A stretch of 64,000 nucleotides of DNA from Candidatus Poribacteria bacterium (GTDB lineage: Bacteria > Poribacteria > WGA-4E > WGA-3G). Positions 29,001 to 38,053 of this stretch are shown in pieces (positions within the stretch are counted from its first letter, which is position 1; every line of letters begins with the position of its first letter). The notes under the pieces are model-generated. The model ran no database searches, was not told where the DNA came from, and saw only the letters and a list, made by a program, of their open reading frames with translations. The stretch lies in the NCBI GenBank assembly GCA_963665235.2, contig CAXXLX010000001.1:1856001-1920000 (forward strand), in the 5' to 3' direction. A program made the translations under genes and the position numbers.

Positions 29001-30959
29001 TTGAGGCAAGATATTTCAGAGCAAACTTCACGGCAATCAGCAGGCCGACACAAGCTCCGCCATAACGAACGCATGCAACAAAACTTCGGAGCGACATGGC
29101 GTGCCATTTTAATCGGTACGCTCCTGACTATTCCCAACGTCTATTGGATTTTAGATTCAGCAGGACAAGGGTACCCGACAACAATTTCGCTCTACTTTAA
29201 CGTCATTTTCTGCATCTTTCTCCTGACAGGCGCGAATCTGGCGTTGACCCGGGTTATGCCCCGAATCGCATTCCAGCAGGGGGAGTTGCTGACGATTTAC
29301 GTCATGCTTGCCATCGCCTCATCCTTAGCAGGACACGATGTCCTTCGCGTCCTAATCCCCATGATTCCCTACGCCTTCTGGTACGCCACGCCTGAAAATG
29401 ATTGGGCGGACCTATTTCATCGCTACATTCCGGATTGGATAGCTGTCAAAGACCGGACGTTTTTAACCGAATATTACCGCGGCGAAGCCAGTCTATATCG
29501 TTGGGAAATCATTGATGGATGGCTTACCACCACCCTAACCTGGGGCGGTTTTTTATGCATGCTCGTGCTCGTGATGGTTTTTATCAATAGTCTTGTACGC
29601 AAACAGTGGACCGAACATGAAAAGCTGAGCTACCCCATCATTCAGCTACCGCTTGAATTGACAGGCACCGGTAGGACAAACCTGCTGACAAGCAAGATGA
29701 TGTGGCTCGGTTTCGGCATAGCCGGTGCGATTGACATTCTCAACGGATTGCACTATCTCTACCCGACTGTCCCCAGCTTGGGCGGCCGCCTCTACGATTT
29801 ACGACCGTTCTTTACCCAAAAACCGTGGAGTGCAATCGGTTGGACTCCGATGGCAGTGTTTCCGTTCGCGGTCGGTATGGCGTTTTTTATTCCGCTTGAC
29901 TTGTCATTTTCCTGTTGGTTTTTTTATCTTTTTTGGAAGGCAGAACGTATCTTCGGCGATGCTTTGGGGATTAGGGGCATGCCGAACTTTCCGTTCACCG
30001 ATGAACAATCGTTTGGCGCGTACATCGGGCTCTTTGTTATCGCTGTTGTTGCCACCCGCAAACATCTTGCACAAGTCGGACGCAAAATCTTTAAAAACGA
30101 TGCTCGTATTGACGATTCTGACGAACCGCTCTCCTATCGCGGCATGGTCCTCTGCCTCATCATCAGCCTGATGGCACTCATTATTTTTTGCAACGTTGCG
30201 GGAATGTCTGTGTGGGTAATCCTCGTTTTCTTTGGCATTTACTACGCAATTTCCACCGCTGTAACCCGAATGCGTGCCGAACTCGGCTCCCCAGTACACG
30301 ATTTGCATTTCATCGGTCCGGATGAGATGATGCCGCGCATATTTGGCACCCGCCTGCTCGGCCCACGAAACTTAACGATGTTTGCATACCTCTTCTCCTT
30401 CAATCGGGCCTATCGTGGGCATCCGATGCCGCATATCCTTGAGGGTTTTAAACTTGCCGAACGGACCCGCATTTCCAATCGTAGGCTGCTCATCGCTATG
30501 TGTATTGCAATTGGTGTCGGCACATTTGCCTCGTTTTGGGCGTTTTATCACATCTCCTACATTGAAGGCGCGCGCGATTGGTTCGCTGGCAGACCTTTCA
30601 ACCGCCTCCAAGGCTGGCTATCTTCGCCCAGGGTGCCGGATGTGCCAGCCACTGTCGCTATGTGTGTCGGGTTTCTGATTACAGGCTTCTTAATGCTTAT
30701 GCGGATACGACTGTTTTGGTGGCCCTTTCACCCCGCAGGGTTCGCTATCTCCAGCAGCTGGTCAATGAACGTGTTTTGGTTTTCAATCTTCGTCAGTTCT
30801 GTCATCAAGTGGATTATTCTGAGGCACGGCGGGATGAATCTGCACCGCAAGCTCATCCCGTTTTTCCTCGGCTTAATTTTAGGGGAGTTTATTGTCGGGG
30901 GTGTCTGGAGTCTTATCGGAATTACGTTGAATCAACCGATGTATCGTTTCCTGTTTTAG
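29001..30959 (+). CDS. Second OPT-like polytopic membrane protein (paralogue of 5061-6989)
   Basis: Same conserved blocks as 5061-6989. Start is probably ATG 29073. Confidence 0.7.
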   Translation: MRQDISEQTSRQSAGRHKLRHNERMQQNFGATWRAILIGTLLTIPNVYWILDSAGQGYPTTISLYFNVIFCIFLLTGANLALTRVMPRIAFQQGELLTIYVMLAIASSLAGHDVLRVLIPMIPYAFWYATPENDWADLFHRYIPDWIAVKDRTFLTEYYRGEASLYRWEIIDGWLTTTLTWGGFLCMLVLVMVFINSLVRKQWTEHEKLSYPIIQLPLELTGTGRTNLLTSKMMWLGFGIAGAIDILNGLHYLYPTVPSLGGRLYDLRPFFTQKPWSAIGWTPMAVFPFAVGMAFFIPLDLSFSCWFFYLFWKAERIFGDALGIRGMPNFPFTDEQSFGAYIGLFVIAVVATRKHLAQVGRKIFKNDARIDDSDEPLSYRGMVLCLIISLMALIIFCNVAGMSVWVILVFFGIYYAISTAVTRMRAELGSPVHDLHFIGPDEMMPRIFGTRLLGPRNLTMFAYLFSFNRAYRGHPMPHILEGFKLAERTRISNRRLLIAMCIAIGVGTFASFWAFYHISYIEGARDWFAGRPFNRLQGWLSSPRVPDVPATVAMCVGFLITGFLMLMRIRLFWWPFHPAGFAISSSWSMNVFWFSIFVSSVIKWIILRHGGMNLHRKLIPFFLGLILGEFIVGGVWSLIGITLNQPMYRFLF

Positions 30960-31010
30960 TTTGTGCTATAATTTTTTCAACATATTAACCTCACAATAAG
31001 GACTTTAATC

Positions 31011-32036
31011 ATGAAATACTGCATTATGTTCACGCTACCGCTTATATTGAGCCTCTGCGTCACCGCGGGGGAGTACGATAACGACCCGATTCAAACCCTA
31101 CTGCCTTTTGATGCTATTCCGGCTATTCTAAAACCGCAATTTGTGCCTGCTAGCGAGGCGAAATTAGATGCAGATACATCTGTTATTGGGGTGACTTTCA
31201 ATGGCGAAAGCCACGCCTATTCACGCTATCTGCTGAACGGACACGAAATCGTCAACGATGTTGTCGGCGGTGAAAAAATCGCCACTACTTGGTGACCGCT
31301 CTGTAGAACGGCTATCGTGTATAGTCGAGCACTTGAGGGTAAAACCTATACGTTCGGGGTTAGCGGTAAATTGTGGCGAGATGCACTCTTGATGTACGAC
31401 CACCAAACCCGTTCGCTCTGGTCCCATATTACTGGAGAAGCGATACGGGGACCGCTAAAAGGCAAACGTTTGAAACCGCTCGCCTCCATGCCCGAAATTG
31501 CTTGGAAAACCTGGCGGACAAATTATCCGAAGACAAAAGTGCTTTCAGTTCCGTTTCGCGGGGGCATGCGCGAAAGCCTCAAGCAGGACGTATATTCAGA
31601 GTATCACGCCAGCCAAGACACGGGTGTCAGTGGAATGGAATACACCGATAACAGACTGCCCAACAAATCACTCGTTATCGGCGTTCAGGTTACGGATAAA
31701 AATGGGGAGAAACATGCACGCGCCTATCCGCTTACACAATTTACGGAAAACACTGTCATCAACGGGACAGTGAACGGGGTGCCGTTGTTAGTTTTTCACG
31801 ACAAAGATTCTTATGCAACGGCTGTTTTTAAACGTACAGTTGACGATAGCATAGAAACCTTTGCACCTAAGTCGGGTTATTTTGTCCAAGACGGGACGGG
31901 GACGCAGTGGAATCTCATTACAGGTGCGGCAACATCGGGGAAAAACAGCGGTAAACGTCTAGAACGGTTACCAGCAGTCAATATCTATTGGTTCGCTTGG
32001 GCCCGCTATTACCCCGACACAACAATTTACCGTTAG
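31011..32036 (+). CDS. DUF3179-family selenoprotein; in-frame TGA at 31293-31295 read as Sec
   Basis: ORFs 31011-31295 and 31317-32036 are in the same frame. The junction reads TTW-U-PLC, matching the family CPLC motif. Also DAIPAI, HEIVND, FGVSGKL, MYDHQTRSLWS, WFAW. Confidence 0.85.
31309..31327 (+). promoter_or_regulatory. Candidate bacterial SECIS hairpin
   Basis: CGGCTAT-CGTGT-ATAGTCG: a 7-bp stem with a G-containing loop, 13 nt after the UGA. Confidence 0.65.
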
Positions 32037-32073
32037 CAGCCATGGAGTGGCTGCCCTATTTTTAGCGAATCAT

Positions 32074-32563
32074 CAAAATCTTCGGATTGGAAACCCCCAG
32101 CATTTATGCGGGGGAGGAAAATCCGCCTCCTTTTAAAACTATCCCCAAAGGGGGAAGAGAAAACAAATGAACTTTGTTCATTTGTTTTCTCCTTCGGGTT
32201 GTTTTTTCGCCACAAACCCGTAGGCGTTCCTCGCTGACTGTGCTGCTTCGTTCAACAGAACTCGCACTTTCTGTTTACTTGACCTGACACGGTTTACTTA
32301 TGACACTTTAAGAAAGCAGGTAAGTCTCCTTTCGGAGTATATATTGCCCCATCCCGATCGCGATACCCGCATGAACCCAACCCTTGGGGAGCAGGCTTAG
32401 CTATAGAAACTACCACTTGACTATAGCGTTTTAATGGATACGTTGAGGCTGCCACGCCTCGATATCGCGATATATTACGGTAGTAAAAATCTTAATCCTT
32501 GACAGGGAACGTGTGTGGCTACGCTTTGTCAAAGCACCCAAGCTTTAGCTGGGTGATCTTTAC
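32074..32563 (+). mobile_element. ORF-less element with IS200/IS605-type left and right end hairpins and a structured interior
   Basis: TCAT|CAAAATCTTCGGATTGGAAACCCCCAGCATTTATGCGGGGGAGGAAAATCCG ... AAAGCACCCAAGCTTTAGCTGGGTGATCTTTAC. Confidence 0.65.
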
Positions 32564-32579
32564 AGCTTACTTCTTTCCT

Positions 32580-33341
32580 TCAATCGTCCAATTCAACAAT
32601 TTCGCCTGCCATATTGCGATGCATCGTCGGCCGGATGACCAATTCAGGGATATTGCTCCGTTGTGGCAGATTAGCGATGAGCAGAATTGCCGCTGACGTT
32701 TCGGAAACGTCTACCATCATCGTCCGAGCGTCAGCATCCGGTGGAATCGGACGTTTGTCCAAAATTGGTGTTGCCACCTCACCCGGGATGACAACACTCG
32801 CTCGGATACCGGTATTTCTTAAGTCGTTGTTCAGGAATTCGGTGAAGTTGATAACCGCTGCCTTCGCTGCGCCGTACGCAAATCCGCTAAACGGCCCAGG
32901 CGTAACCGCCGCAAGCGACGAAATATTGATAATCGTCCCGGATTTCGCTTTCAGCATCGCTGGCACGACTGCTTGCGTACAGAAAAACGTGCCGATGAGG
33001 TTCGAATCAATGACTGACCGGATCTCTTCGGGAGTCGTGTTGAGAAGCCTCCGGTTATGTGAGCTGTGGCCCGCATTGTTTACAAGCACATCAATCCGCC
33101 CAAATTTCTCAAGCACATCATCCACCATCTGTTGGACACCGTGGTAATCAGCGACATCGAGTGCGTAACTCGCTGCTGTTCCGCCTGCTGTCGTAATTTC
33201 TGTTTTCACAGCCTCCAGCTTGGGTTCTGTTCTACCGACGATTACAACGTTAGCACCTGCTTGTGCCATCTTTCGGGCAGCATCGCGGCCAATTCCACTA
33301 CCGCCGCCTGTGATAATACAGACCTGTTCCTCTAAACTCAT
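32580..33341 (-). CDS. Short-chain dehydrogenase/reductase
   Basis: TGGGSGIG, NNAG and YGAAK. Confidence 0.95.
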   Translation of the reverse strand: MSLEEQVCIITGGGSGIGRDAARKMAQAGANVVIVGRTEPKLEAVKTEITTAGGTAASYALDVADYHGVQQMVDDVLEKFGRIDVLVNNAGHSSHNRRLLNTTPEEIRSVIDSNLIGTFFCTQAVVPAMLKAKSGTIINISSLAAVTPGPFSGFAYGAAKAAVINFTEFLNNDLRNTGIRASVVIPGEVATPILDKRPIPPDADARTMMVDVSETSAAILLIANLPQRSNIPELVIRPTMHRNMAGEIVELDD

Positions 33342-33363
33342 GTTTTACCTCTTCGGTGTAATC

Positions 33364-35133
33364 CTATTCGTCGCCATACATGTCCGCTATCAGGTCGCTG
33401 TATCTTTCCATAATGACGTTACGCTTTAATTTTAGCGTTGGTGTCATCTCATCTTCTTCTTGAGAAAATTCCTTCTCAAGCAAGGTGAATCGACGGACCT
33501 GTTCAAAGTCGGAGAAATCTGTCAAACGTTCCTGAATTTCCCCCTGAATCAACTGTTGGACTTCACGCGTTTTGACCATTTCGGCCTGCTCGCTTGTGTC
33601 AATGCTATTCTCCTTCCCCCAGGCTTTGAGTGCTTCGAAGTTTGGTACAATCAGTGCAGCGAGGTTTTTACGTTCGTTGCCCATCAGCAGAATTTGGTCA
33701 ATAAATGGGCTTTGCACCAATTCACTCTCTATCGGTTGCGGTGCGACATTCTTACCATTGGAAAGGACGATAATATTTTTCTTCCGGTCGGTAATTTTAA
33801 CGAACTCGTCCTCGTCAATGATACCGATATCGCCAGTGTGGAACCATCCATCGGCATCGATAACTTCCGCTGTTGCGGTGGGATTGTCGAAATACCCTTT
33901 CATGACGTGTGGGCCGCGCGTCAAAATCTCACCATCTTCAGCGATTTGGACTTCGACCCCGGGCACGGTTGGCCCGACGGTGCCAAATTTCCATTTTTCT
34001 GGATAGTTGAGGCTAATAACAGGTGAGGTTTCTGTTAGACCGTATCCCTCTAAAATCAGTATTCCCGCTGCGTGGAAAAATTCTGCGATAGATTGGGGTA
34101 ACGCTGCGCCGCCTGATATGAAAAATCGCAACCTGCCGCCTGTTGCCGCCTTCAATTTTGTGAAGACTAACTTGTCTGCGAGGCCAGCCTTGATTTTCAG
34201 CGGAACGGACGGTTTTTTGCCGTGTTGAATTGCGGAACTTACGGCTGACCCGACGGATACCCCCCAATGGAATATTTGCTGTTTCAGAGATGACCCGGCT
34301 TCAACCTGCCGCAGAATTTTATCGTGCATCGCTTCGTAAAGCCGGGGAACGCTTAACATCACCGTCGGAGAAACCTCCCGCATATTCTCGGCAACCGTGA
34401 ACATGCTTTCGGCATAAGCGATTTTCGCCCCGGAGCACAGCGGTATATAATGCCCCCCAAGCCGTTCGAAGACATGGGACAATGGCAGAAATGATAATAA
34501 CACATCCGTTTCATCTATGGAAACACGTGTTTTGCAGGCTTCAAGGTTTGAAATAAAATTCGCGTGCGTCAACATTACCCCTTTTGGGTCGCCTGTTGTG
34601 CCTGACGTATAGATAATTGTGGCGATGTCATCCTCATTTATAGGTACACCTGTTTCAGAGGCTTCCTGTTCGGTGAACGTCTTAAAACTGATAATATCCA
34701 GCGGGGACTCATCCGCTTCCTCAATTGAATCGAACAGAATAATCTGTGTAAGTTCAGGTAACTCCGACTGGATATCGGTTACCTTTTCCAACTGCTTTTC
34801 GGTTGAGACACAGATAATTTTCGCGCCGGAATGCTTCAAAATGTAGCCAGCTTGTACTGGTGTCAGCGTTGAAAAGAGTGGTACAGTTATCGCGCCTGCG
34901 CTGAGAATGCCGAAGTCAGCGATTGCCCATTCCGGCCGATTTTCGGATAAAATGGCGACCCTGTCCCCTTTCTGAATTCCGTGGGCGATTAATCCGCTGC
35001 GAAATGCTGCAACGGATTCACCCAGGGTGGCATAGGAGATGTCCTGATATGTCTCCCCTTTCGGTTTATATGCCAAGGCAGGTCTGTCGCCATATTGCTG
35101 AATTGCGCTTTCTAACATAGCGGTGAGCGTCAT
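33364..35133 (-). CDS. Long-chain fatty acid--CoA ligase
   Basis: IYTSGTTGDPKG, EGYGLTE, GWFHTGDIG and TPTLKLKR. Confidence 0.95.
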   Translation of the reverse strand: MTLTAMLESAIQQYGDRPALAYKPKGETYQDISYATLGESVAAFRSGLIAHGIQKGDRVAILSENRPEWAIADFGILSAGAITVPLFSTLTPVQAGYILKHSGAKIICVSTEKQLEKVTDIQSELPELTQIILFDSIEEADESPLDIISFKTFTEQEASETGVPINEDDIATIIYTSGTTGDPKGVMLTHANFISNLEACKTRVSIDETDVLLSFLPLSHVFERLGGHYIPLCSGAKIAYAESMFTVAENMREVSPTVMLSVPRLYEAMHDKILRQVEAGSSLKQQIFHWGVSVGSAVSSAIQHGKKPSVPLKIKAGLADKLVFTKLKAATGGRLRFFISGGAALPQSIAEFFHAAGILILEGYGLTETSPVISLNYPEKWKFGTVGPTVPGVEVQIAEDGEILTRGPHVMKGYFDNPTATAEVIDADGWFHTGDIGIIDEDEFVKITDRKKNIIVLSNGKNVAPQPIESELVQSPFIDQILLMGNERKNLAALIVPNFEALKAWGKENSIDTSEQAEMVKTREVQQLIQGEIQERLTDFSDFEQVRRFTLLEKEFSQEEDEMTPTLKLKRNVIMERYSDLIADMYGDE

Positions 35134-35154
35134 AAAATAATACCTCCTGATTGT

Positions 35155-35586
35155 CTATTCATCGCCATTCGAGCGTAACAGGTGTATTCCGATAGCACCA
35201 TTTAGCAATGGAAGTATAGCATCAAAGATAATCCATATCGTCGATTGGGTTTCGGGGCCAATGGCTGTAAAGGTTTCAGCGTTGAGCAAAATGAACCAAT
35301 TCCAGAAGAAAATTATAGCGGCAAACATGAAACCGTAGAATAACGTGTTCGCTGCGATAAACTCTTGAACACTGGAGCTCTCGTTGACTTTTTTCATGCG
35401 AATGTAGCTGAATATTATCCCCAGTACTATTGAAATAGCAGAAAGTGGGTTGATGTAACCCCAAATAGAGCTATACAGATTAGCGTCGGTAGAAGTGTGG
35501 TATATCGGTTCAATGACTGTGTGAATTGCGACTATTGCTGCGATGGCGATGTGAACAACGCCTATGACTTTCTTGAGGCCTTCCAT
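35155..35586 (-). CDS. Small 4-TM hypothetical membrane protein
   Basis: AAGGAG RBS before ATG 35586; four hydrophobic segments. Confidence 0.75.
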   Translation of the reverse strand: MEGLKKVIGVVHIAIAAIVAIHTVIEPIYHTSTDANLYSSIWGYINPLSAISIVLGIIFSYIRMKKVNESSSVQEFIAANTLFYGFMFAAIIFFWNWFILLNAETFTAIGPETQSTIWIIFDAILPLLNGAIGIHLLRSNGDE

Positions 35587-35621
35587 GATATTCTCCTTCC
35601 CTAATTGGGTTTGTAACGTAT

Positions 35622-35699
35622 ATTTCGTGATAGCACCCAACGCCTAAAGGCGACCGTGTGAAAACTTTCACGGAGCACTATCCCTGCCTACAACGAAAT
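35622..35699 (-). promoter_or_regulatory. Structured 5' leader (candidate cis-regulatory RNA)
   Basis: Nested stems AUUUCGU/ACGAAAU and GAUAGUGCU/GGUGCUAUC enclose two hairpins, downstream of the promoter at 35717-35745. Confidence 0.45.
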
Positions 35700-35716
35700 T
35701 TCCGGACATTTTCTTA

Positions 35717-35745
35717 ATTTTAGCAAAAAGGCGATTAAATGTCAA
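35717..35745 (-). promoter_or_regulatory. Sigma70-type promoter
   Basis: TTGACA-N17-TAAAAT with TG extension on the minus strand. Confidence 0.7.
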
Positions 35746-35806
35746 ATGCAAAAATTAAACCACCATGAAAATTTTTTGACTTTTTACGGAAAATTTATAC
35801 TTTTAT

Positions 35807-36357
35807 CAAGTCCCCCGCTACAAAACCCCCGTGCTTTAGCTGGGGGATGTAGTAGCGGCGCATGAGTTGAAAATTTCATTTGACTTTCTGTCGAAAATAT
35901 GGTATAAGATATACAGCTGCTGGTAGAGAATTAACGACTTTAGCAACCTTGCTATTGTTCTCTACCACCCACGTTAATGGGCAGAGCAGTTGCAGCGAAC
36001 CACAGACACTGCCAGCGGTATAAACTCTAAATATAGACCGGAATTCCCTGTAAACAAATATAGGACTAGCTGTCCTGCGAAGTGCCCAAATACGTGAGCG
36101 CTACTTAGCTGCCTGATAGTCCCCTGGAGGATACAGCTATCTGAGTGCACCGCACTAAAAAACTTGTCCTGATTTTTCCGCTAAACGGAAATTTTGTATT
36201 GTAGGGCAGGGCATTGTCCTACTTGAGTAGAACGTGTTAGACTTGTTTTGTAAGTCCTTTTTGGACAACAACCTACAAGCGTCGTTTGTTGATGCCACAA
36301 TCTACCCAGAGAAGCATTGGGCTCTTTCTAAGAATCCCCCTTGCTTTAGCATGTCAA
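35807..36357 (+). mobile_element. ORF-less IS200/IS605-type element with an internal promoter and a structured ~440-nt interior
   Basis: Left end TTAT|CAAGTCCCCCGCTACAAAACCCCCGTGCTTTAGCTGGGGGATGTAGTAGCGG. Right end AAGAATCCCCCTTGCTTTAGCATGTCAA (hairpin partly deleted). Promoter TTGACT-N17-TATAAG at 35880-35908. Confidence 0.6.
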
Positions 36358-36455
36358 TGTTGATTGCAAGTAGGCGTGGTCAAGAGGGTTTCCACCCACT
36401 GCCGCAATACCACAAGTTGGCTAAAACCCTCTAAAAAATATAAGGAGATTTAAGT

Positions 36456-37652
36456 ATGAAAATAAGAGGCGTTACAACATTCGCGTTTGTAGTGGCAGTT
36501 GTTTTGGCTCTGGGGCTTTCCGGTTGCGAGAGGGCTGACGATGGCATCATTGACCTCAACAACGTCACAGAAGTTTTAGAAAATAACAAAGTGGAAGAAA
36601 TTAACATCGGCATTATCGTATCTCAATCAGGGAAAGATGCCGCACCCTATGGGTGGCCAATGCTACACGGTTTTCATTTGGCACGAGAAGAGATTAACAA
36701 GGCACGAATCGGCAATGCAAGACTCAAGTTCCAGGTTGTAGACGACGAGAGCTCTGCAGCAGGCGCGAAGGCAGCTGTCCAAACATTGGTTGAAGCCGGT
36801 GTTCCTGTCATTGCCGGAATTGCTATCTCAACTTACCTCAAAGAGGCTTTTCCAGTTGCACAAGACGCGGGAGTAGTCGCTTTCAGTCCTGTCTCCTCCG
36901 CTGCTGGTCTAAGCAAAGAAATTGGAGATTTCGTCTTCCGTGCTGCTATCGCTACAAATATAGTCATGCCGAGTGGTGTGATGACGACTCAGAGCAAACT
37001 TGGCTATACAAAAGCGGCAGCGATATATGATGAGATTGATGCCTATTCCACAAGCAGCAACGAGGAGATAAGCAAAGCACTTGAAGCAAACGGGGTTGAG
37101 ATAATTGCTACGGAAACCTTTAGCACCGGCGACACCGATTTTTCCGAGCAATTAACCAAGATAAAGGATATGGCACCTGAGGCTGTCTTCATTTCTGCGC
37201 TGGCATCAGAGATACCTGAGATTATCAAACAGGGACGCGCGCTTGGAATTCCCGATACTGTTCACTTTATTGTGCCCGATTTAACCCAAAGCGAAATACA
37301 GCAAGCGGGTGATGCCGCCGAAGGAGCAGTAGCTTTTACGGGGTGGTCCAGTTTTTCTGACACACCCGGAAATCAGGATTTCATCGAGAATTATCAGATG
37401 AAATACAAAAGAGCACCGTTACCCTGGGCAGCACAGTCTTATGCAGCCCTGCACATTCTCGCTGACGCAATTAAGAACGCAGAGAAAAATCCAGATGGAA
37501 TGAGAGATGCAGCCGGAATTCGAGATGCACTCGCGCAAACTCAGGATTTTCCTACGATTTTAGGGGACTTCTCTTTTGATGCCGATGGCGAAGCTATATA
37601 CGACTCGACTGTACTTATCGTTAAGGATGGAATGCTTCAACTCTTTGAGTAA
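36456..37652 (+). CDS. Branched-chain amino acid-type (LivJ/K family) ABC substrate-binding lipoprotein
   Basis: Lipobox LSGC, LAREEIN, DTDFSEQLTKI, AAQSYAAL and GDFSFDADG. Confidence 0.9.
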   Translation: MKIRGVTTFAFVVAVVLALGLSGCERADDGIIDLNNVTEVLENNKVEEINIGIIVSQSGKDAAPYGWPMLHGFHLAREEINKARIGNARLKFQVVDDESSAAGAKAAVQTLVEAGVPVIAGIAISTYLKEAFPVAQDAGVVAFSPVSSAAGLSKEIGDFVFRAAIATNIVMPSGVMTTQSKLGYTKAAAIYDEIDAYSTSSNEEISKALEANGVEIIATETFSTGDTDFSEQLTKIKDMAPEAVFISALASEIPEIIKQGRALGIPDTVHFIVPDLTQSEIQQAGDAAEGAVAFTGWSSFSDTPGNQDFIENYQMKYKRAPLPWAAQSYAALHILADAIKNAEKNPDGMRDAAGIRDALAQTQDFPTILGDFSFDADGEAIYDSTVLIVKDGMLQLFE

Positions 37653-37677
37653 TCCCCAACCCCTCACTACACGTACC

Positions 37678-37724
37678 AAAAGAACCGTTATCAGCCACTT
37701 CTGCTAATAACGGTTCTTTTGTTT
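37678..37724 (+). terminator. Intrinsic terminator, possibly bidirectional
   Basis: AAAAGAACCGTTAT...ATAACGGTTCTTTTGTTT. Confidence 0.8.
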
Positions 37725-37886
37725 AATGCTACTATAGTTTGGACAATATCCGTGAGCCTGATGCCCGATTTCCAAAGCATTTCTCATTTTTCTATAAGTT
37801 CCTCACACAAATGCAAATAGCAGAAAATAGACTCAAATGGGTTTTGCAAAGCGCAGTCCCAGCGGGGCGGAATGTTTATAGCATGT

Positions 37887-38036
37887 TGGCTAATGGCTAA
37901 TGGCTGTTAGCAATTAGCAAGAGAAAGAAACAAAAGGGAGAAACCTCTAACGCGCGTCAGATATGTGTTTAGAATCACAAACCTCTTGCCAATTGCCAAT
38001 CGCCAATCGCCAATCGCCAATCGCTAATTGCTAATT
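37887..38036. repeat. Element with inverted arrays of 7-mers
   Basis: TGGCTAA/TTAGCAA units on the left, (GCCAATY)x5 plus GCTAATT on the right. The core resembles 3567-3617. Confidence 0.8.
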
Positions 38037-38053
38037 TCGCGTCGTATCAGGAA

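Noticed and set aside
35807-36357. Group I intron/IStron, tmRNA, RNase P or HEARO identity
   Set aside because: I could not find their diagnostic conserved segments by eye, and the element is intergenic. An Rfam scan is needed to exclude them fully.
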